Of a DNA stretch of 64,000 bases, positions 60,082-64,000 are shown piece by piece. The DNA is from a virus: positions 9,795-73,794 of IMG/VR virus record IMGVR_UViG_3300046096_000285. One strand, written 5' to 3'. A model generated the notes under the pieces. The model had not been told where the DNA came from. It ran no database searches and worked only from the letters and a program-made list of their open reading frames with translations. The position numbers and the translations under genes are program-made. How positions within the stretch are numbered: the stretch's first letter is position 1; every line of letters starts with the position of its first letter.

Positions 60082-60459
60082 ATGGCTAACTCAACACTAG
60101 GTTTTAACGTATACATTTACGTAGACCCTGAGACTCAGGTTGTAGACTCTATCCACGCCTACCACACCTTTGGTGCTTCAGTCCGCCTTAATGCTGACTG
60201 GGTATCAATGAGCCAGGACGAGCTAGACGAGAACCTAGCTGACCTTGCCGGAGACCTCGTGTATTCTCTAGATTGGTCTACTGACTACACTGCTGCAGGG
60301 GATGCAGCTGACGACGATGACTCAGAGCACGTCGCTATCGAACTTTATGACCAGGATGAACTTACTTTTGATGAAGTTCAGAAGTACGCAAAACTAGCAA
60401 CTGAGGCCGAAGAGGCTGACGGTATTCCAGACGTAACTACAGACGAAGAATCAGCTTAA
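60082..60459 (+). CDS. Acidic hypothetical protein
   Basis: GAGGAAAG RBS. Confidence 0.6.
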   Translation: MANSTLGFNVYIYVDPETQVVDSIHAYHTFGASVRLNADWVSMSQDELDENLADLAGDLVYSLDWSTDYTAAGDAADDDDSEHVAIELYDQDELTFDEVQKYAKLATEAEEADGIPDVTTDEESA

Positions 60460-60482
60460 TCAACTCTTAAGAACGGTACAAA

Positions 60483-63158
60483 ATGCCTCAATACCTCGGC
60501 TCTTCAGACAACCTGGCCCTGTTTTCACAGGGTAACCAGGGTATTGTTGTTGACACTGCTCTAAACCTAGTTCTAGATGCAGGACCGCTTGACCTAGTTC
60601 TAGCTAGCCGCAACGTCATGTGGCGTGATAATGGTCTAGAAATTTCGGAAGAGCTAGATACTCTAGTTTCTTCTGCCGTAACTGTTGAAGAAGATGCTCT
60701 AACTGCAGCAGCTAGCCGTATGTATACTATTCCAGGCGGCGCTCAGGCAGAAGCCAAGAAGGCATTGGCTTGGCATAAGAAGCACCACCGCGGCGGCACT
60801 CCAGTTGGTTTAAATACTGCACGCACTCTTGCAAAGGGTGGCCAGATCGGCATCGAAAAGATCCGCCACATCGCTAAGTACTTCCCTCGTCACGAAGTTG
60901 ACAAAAAGGGCAAGGGCTGGGCTCCAGGCGAGGACAACTTCCCGTCTAATGGTCGTATCGCATGGGCCCTTTGGGGCGGAGATGCCGGACAGCGTTGGGC
61001 CTCTACTATCGTTAAGCGTGAAAACGCTATTACTGCTGACGCATATGCCGTCAACGAGTACGATGCATACGCTGATGAGCCAGCACTAAACGCATTTAAG
61101 ATGGCGCATGAACTAGACGAGAACTTTGGTCCAGAATTTTTGGCTCGTGTTCGCATGGATGGTTCTGGATTCGACCGCCTATACAAGGTTGGCATTGATG
61201 GTACCGTTTCAGTCTGGGATGACTGCAGCTGGGATGATCTGGGAAACGTAGATTCAGATATCTGGACTTACGACCGTGCTCTAGATGACCCATACGACTC
61301 TGTAGGCAAGGACCACGTCATTATTGATGCTGAGTCTGCTTTTGTTATTGCCTCTCTTCTTGAGAAGAGCCCACATGCTCCGGTCTACATTGATGACATC
61401 GATACTGAAGAGGCTCGTCTAGTTGCACTAGGTCTTCTAGAAGATGACCTAGCTTTTGTAGACTCAGCAATCACTGCTGCAGCTACCGTAGCTGCTAAAC
61501 CAGTAGCAGCTACTAAGGGTAACGACCAAGATGGCGTCGACACCCCGGAGGAGCGTGCTGCTCGTTCAGAGAACCAGCCACGCAATGCGCTAGGACGATT
61601 TGCTACTGCTGGCCAGAAGGTTGCTGTTGGCGGAGACGTTTCTCGTGGAGCCGGAACGATTACCAAGGTTGATGCAAAAACCGGTCTAGTAGACGTCAAG
61701 CTAAACTCCGGCTCAACGATTAGTGTTGACGCTAAATACACTCAGCCTTTAGAGGGAATGCCTCAGCCAGCAGCTGCTCCAGCTGGCGGGCTTATCAATA
61801 CAAAGCCACTAGATACTTCAGGTATCTTCGCTAAGCCACGTGCTCAGGTAAATATGACTAAGGCTACGCTGCCTTCTGGCACGTCTGCCGCATCTAGCGA
61901 CCAGCTAAAGAGCGGCCTATCTGGATTCGCTTCTTACGTAGCTGCCCAGCGTACTGCTACTGCAGACAACAAGGGAAAGATTGGCGTTCTAAAGGACGGC
62001 AAGATTACTCTGGCTCAGGGCATTAGCAAGGCTGTAGCCGAGGATAATAAGAACAGCAAGATTGTTCAGCCTATTCTTAAGGGCGGTAAAGACCTTATTG
62101 AAGGTAAGACCCATGTTTCTCAGGACATTGGCAAGGCAATTGGTAAGGCTGTAACTGACGCAGGTGCTGGTGTTGGCGGTCGTTCTGCCAACATTCCAGA
62201 CAAGCGTTCTGGCTTCCGCGGTATTGGTGGAACCAAGCCTACAACTACTACAAAGCCTGGTCCAGATGCAGTAGAGCGCAAGGGTGCACCTAAGCCAGCA
62301 GTCAAGCCAGCAGTCAAGCCAGCAGTCAACCCTGCTGCCAAGGGCGGAGACTACACAATTCAGAAGGGCGACAACCTATGGTCTATCGCCGAGAAGAATA
62401 AGCCAGCTGGCGTAAGTACCGCTGACTACTGGAAGCAGATTCTTGATGCAAACCCTAAGGGCAACTTCAAGAGTGGCGACCACAACCTGATCTATTCTGG
62501 TGAGAAGGTAATTCTTCCAGGTAAGGCTAAGTCGACCCCTACAGATTCTCGCAACGCGCCGGGCTCAAACAAGAGCACCCCGAGCAAGACCGACTCACGC
62601 AATGCGCCGGGTTCAAACCGCGAGACTAAGTCAACTCCAGTTGATTCACGCAATGCTCCTGGCTCTAACAAGAACGGCCCAACTGATTCTCGTAATGCTC
62701 CTGGATCTAACAAATCTAGTGCAAAACCAGGCCCAGATGCAGTAGAGCGCAAGGGTGCACCTAAGAAGTACTCAGGCCCAATGATTGACCCTAACACCGG
62801 TAAGTCTACAATTACTGACTCGAACAAGGGTACTCCGGTTAAGCTACAAGGCACCCCTAAGGATGCTCCTTTTGTGAAGAAGACTGGAACTGACACTACT
62901 GACGTAGTCGGAGTTCCAGCTAAGAAAACAAAAACCTATTCAGGTCCGATGGTAGATCCTAAGACTGGTAAGTCTACAATTCCTACGGCTACTACACCAA
63001 AGCCAGGTATCCCAGTTCAGGGAAATAAACTCCCTAACGTTGGTGCAAAGTATACTGGTATTACTACTAAATCTGCCAACCTAGGCGGTAAGGGCAAGGC
63101 TGGCGCTAAGCGTCAGAAGCCTGGTGACGGTAGTATGCTCTTCAAAACAGGGAAGTAA
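60483..63158 (+). CDS. Multidomain virion-type protein with LysM and low-complexity repeats
   Basis: GGT.VG..TAR.LA..IAWALWGGD domain; QPRN..GRF; YTIQKGDNLWSIA..LIYSGEKV.LP; DSRNAPGSN x4. Confidence 0.75.
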   Translation: MPQYLGSSDNLALFSQGNQGIVVDTALNLVLDAGPLDLVLASRNVMWRDNGLEISEELDTLVSSAVTVEEDALTAAASRMYTIPGGAQAEAKKALAWHKKHHRGGTPVGLNTARTLAKGGQIGIEKIRHIAKYFPRHEVDKKGKGWAPGEDNFPSNGRIAWALWGGDAGQRWASTIVKRENAITADAYAVNEYDAYADEPALNAFKMAHELDENFGPEFLARVRMDGSGFDRLYKVGIDGTVSVWDDCSWDDLGNVDSDIWTYDRALDDPYDSVGKDHVIIDAESAFVIASLLEKSPHAPVYIDDIDTEEARLVALGLLEDDLAFVDSAITAAATVAAKPVAATKGNDQDGVDTPEERAARSENQPRNALGRFATAGQKVAVGGDVSRGAGTITKVDAKTGLVDVKLNSGSTISVDAKYTQPLEGMPQPAAAPAGGLINTKPLDTSGIFAKPRAQVNMTKATLPSGTSAASSDQLKSGLSGFASYVAAQRTATADNKGKIGVLKDGKITLAQGISKAVAEDNKNSKIVQPILKGGKDLIEGKTHVSQDIGKAIGKAVTDAGAGVGGRSANIPDKRSGFRGIGGTKPTTTTKPGPDAVERKGAPKPAVKPAVKPAVNPAAKGGDYTIQKGDNLWSIAEKNKPAGVSTADYWKQILDANPKGNFKSGDHNLIYSGEKVILPGKAKSTPTDSRNAPGSNKSTPSKTDSRNAPGSNRETKSTPVDSRNAPGSNKNGPTDSRNAPGSNKSSAKPGPDAVERKGAPKKYSGPMIDPNTGKSTITDSNKGTPVKLQGTPKDAPFVKKTGTDTTDVVGVPAKKTKTYSGPMVDPKTGKSTIPTATTPKPGIPVQGNKLPNVGAKYTGITTKSANLGGKGKAGAKRQKPGDGSMLFKTGK

Positions 63159-63163
63159 GGACT

Positions 63164-63748
63164 ATGGCTGAAACAGCTGCACCATTGACTCCGGAGACCA
63201 CCGATGTCCCGCCTCTATATTTTGCTATTGTCTCGCCTGATGACCCTCGCGCTGTTATGGATATGGTTGCCCTAATCCCAGCAAGTGGCACCAGTACCGA
63301 ACTAGCTGCGTACAAGCGCGTGGATAAGCAGTGGGTTAAAGATGACCAGGTTGTTTTTGATCTAAAGTCTGCCACCCCCCCGCCAGTTGTACCTATCGAT
63401 GCTTCAATTCTTGACGACGTCCTTCAGCAGGTTGACGGCTTCAAGCCAGTTACTGCTTCTGGGCTGGCTCAGCTATTCTCAGCATTCTGGTCTATTGGCT
63501 CTAGTCCACTAATTGCTGCTGGTGGGTTTGACCGCAATCGCGGTAATGCTGAACAGCTTCGTGAGTATTGGACGCATGGAGAAGGAGCCGCCAAGATTCG
63601 CTGGGGAACTCCTGGTGACTGGAAGCGCTGTGTCCGCCACCTATCTAAGTACATGGGAGTTCGCTCAAAGGGCTACTGCCAGCTACGTCACAAGGAAGCT
63701 ACCGGAATGTACACCGGAGATAGCCGAAACCCAGGGAACGAGAACTAA
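63164..63748 (+). CDS. Head-region protein with LR.YW..G.GAAKIRWGTPGD..RC domain
   Basis: Conserved phage domain at C-terminus. Confidence 0.7.
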   Translation: MAETAAPLTPETTDVPPLYFAIVSPDDPRAVMDMVALIPASGTSTELAAYKRVDKQWVKDDQVVFDLKSATPPPVVPIDASILDDVLQQVDGFKPVTASGLAQLFSAFWSIGSSPLIAAGGFDRNRGNAEQLREYWTHGEGAAKIRWGTPGDWKRCVRHLSKYMGVRSKGYCQLRHKEATGMYTGDSRNPGNEN

Positions 63749-64000
63749 TGATGGAAGAAGTTTGGGGCGAAAACATCGGTAAGCCGACTGAAGTAACCCA
63801 GGAAGATCTACTAACCCCTATTGACGATATCCTCACTGAAGATGACGAGATCTATGATGACTCATGGGAGCCATCCGATGAGGTCTGCAAGCAGCTTCAG
63901 GATCTAGCTAATTGCGAAGATGCTGAATACGCTGCCCTGATTGCTGCTGGCGGTTTCGACCGTAACCGTGGCAATGCAGAAGAGCTTCGCCAGTACTGGA
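63748..64000 (+). CDS. Partial CDS repeating the LIAAGGFDRNRGNAE.LR.YW domain
   Basis: TAATG coupling; open to window end. Confidence 0.65.
   Translation, partial: MMEEVWGENIGKPTEVTQEDLLTPIDDILTEDDEIYDDSWEPSDEVCKQLQDLANCEDAEYAALIAAGGFDRNRGNAEELRQYW

Overview
A 64-kb segment of a large lytic-type tailed phage of an actinobacterial host (NrdHIEF, WhiB, DUF3039, ClgR-like HTH, actinobacterial-type tmRNA; a freshwater Microbacteriaceae-like host is an inference). Layout: nucleotide metabolism plus a tmRNA/tRNA cluster with HNH endonucleases (1-13.5 kb); small hypothetical genes (13.5-18 kb); a minus-strand lysis/surface block (18-22 kb); an AT-rich intergenic region (22.0-22.6 kb); a palindrome-rich block (25-28.5 kb); an ~18-kb array of ~21 self-contained expression cassettes (28.6-46.5 kb); then terminase (class 3 intein), portal, Dps and large head-associated proteins (49.7-64 kb). 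The most striking system is the cassette array. It has 22 perfect co-oriented copies of TATTCATTTTTTC in helical phase upstream of sigma70-type promoters, 3' hairpins whose loops are complementary to, and co-vary with, the cassette ribosome-binding sites, a second operator-like 13-mer, near-total GATC avoidance, and a five-box DnaA cluster next to a dense CCWGG patch. A probable -1 programmed frameshift fuses a zincin domain onto a 973-aa head-region protein. All motif counts were made by eye and need computational confirmation.
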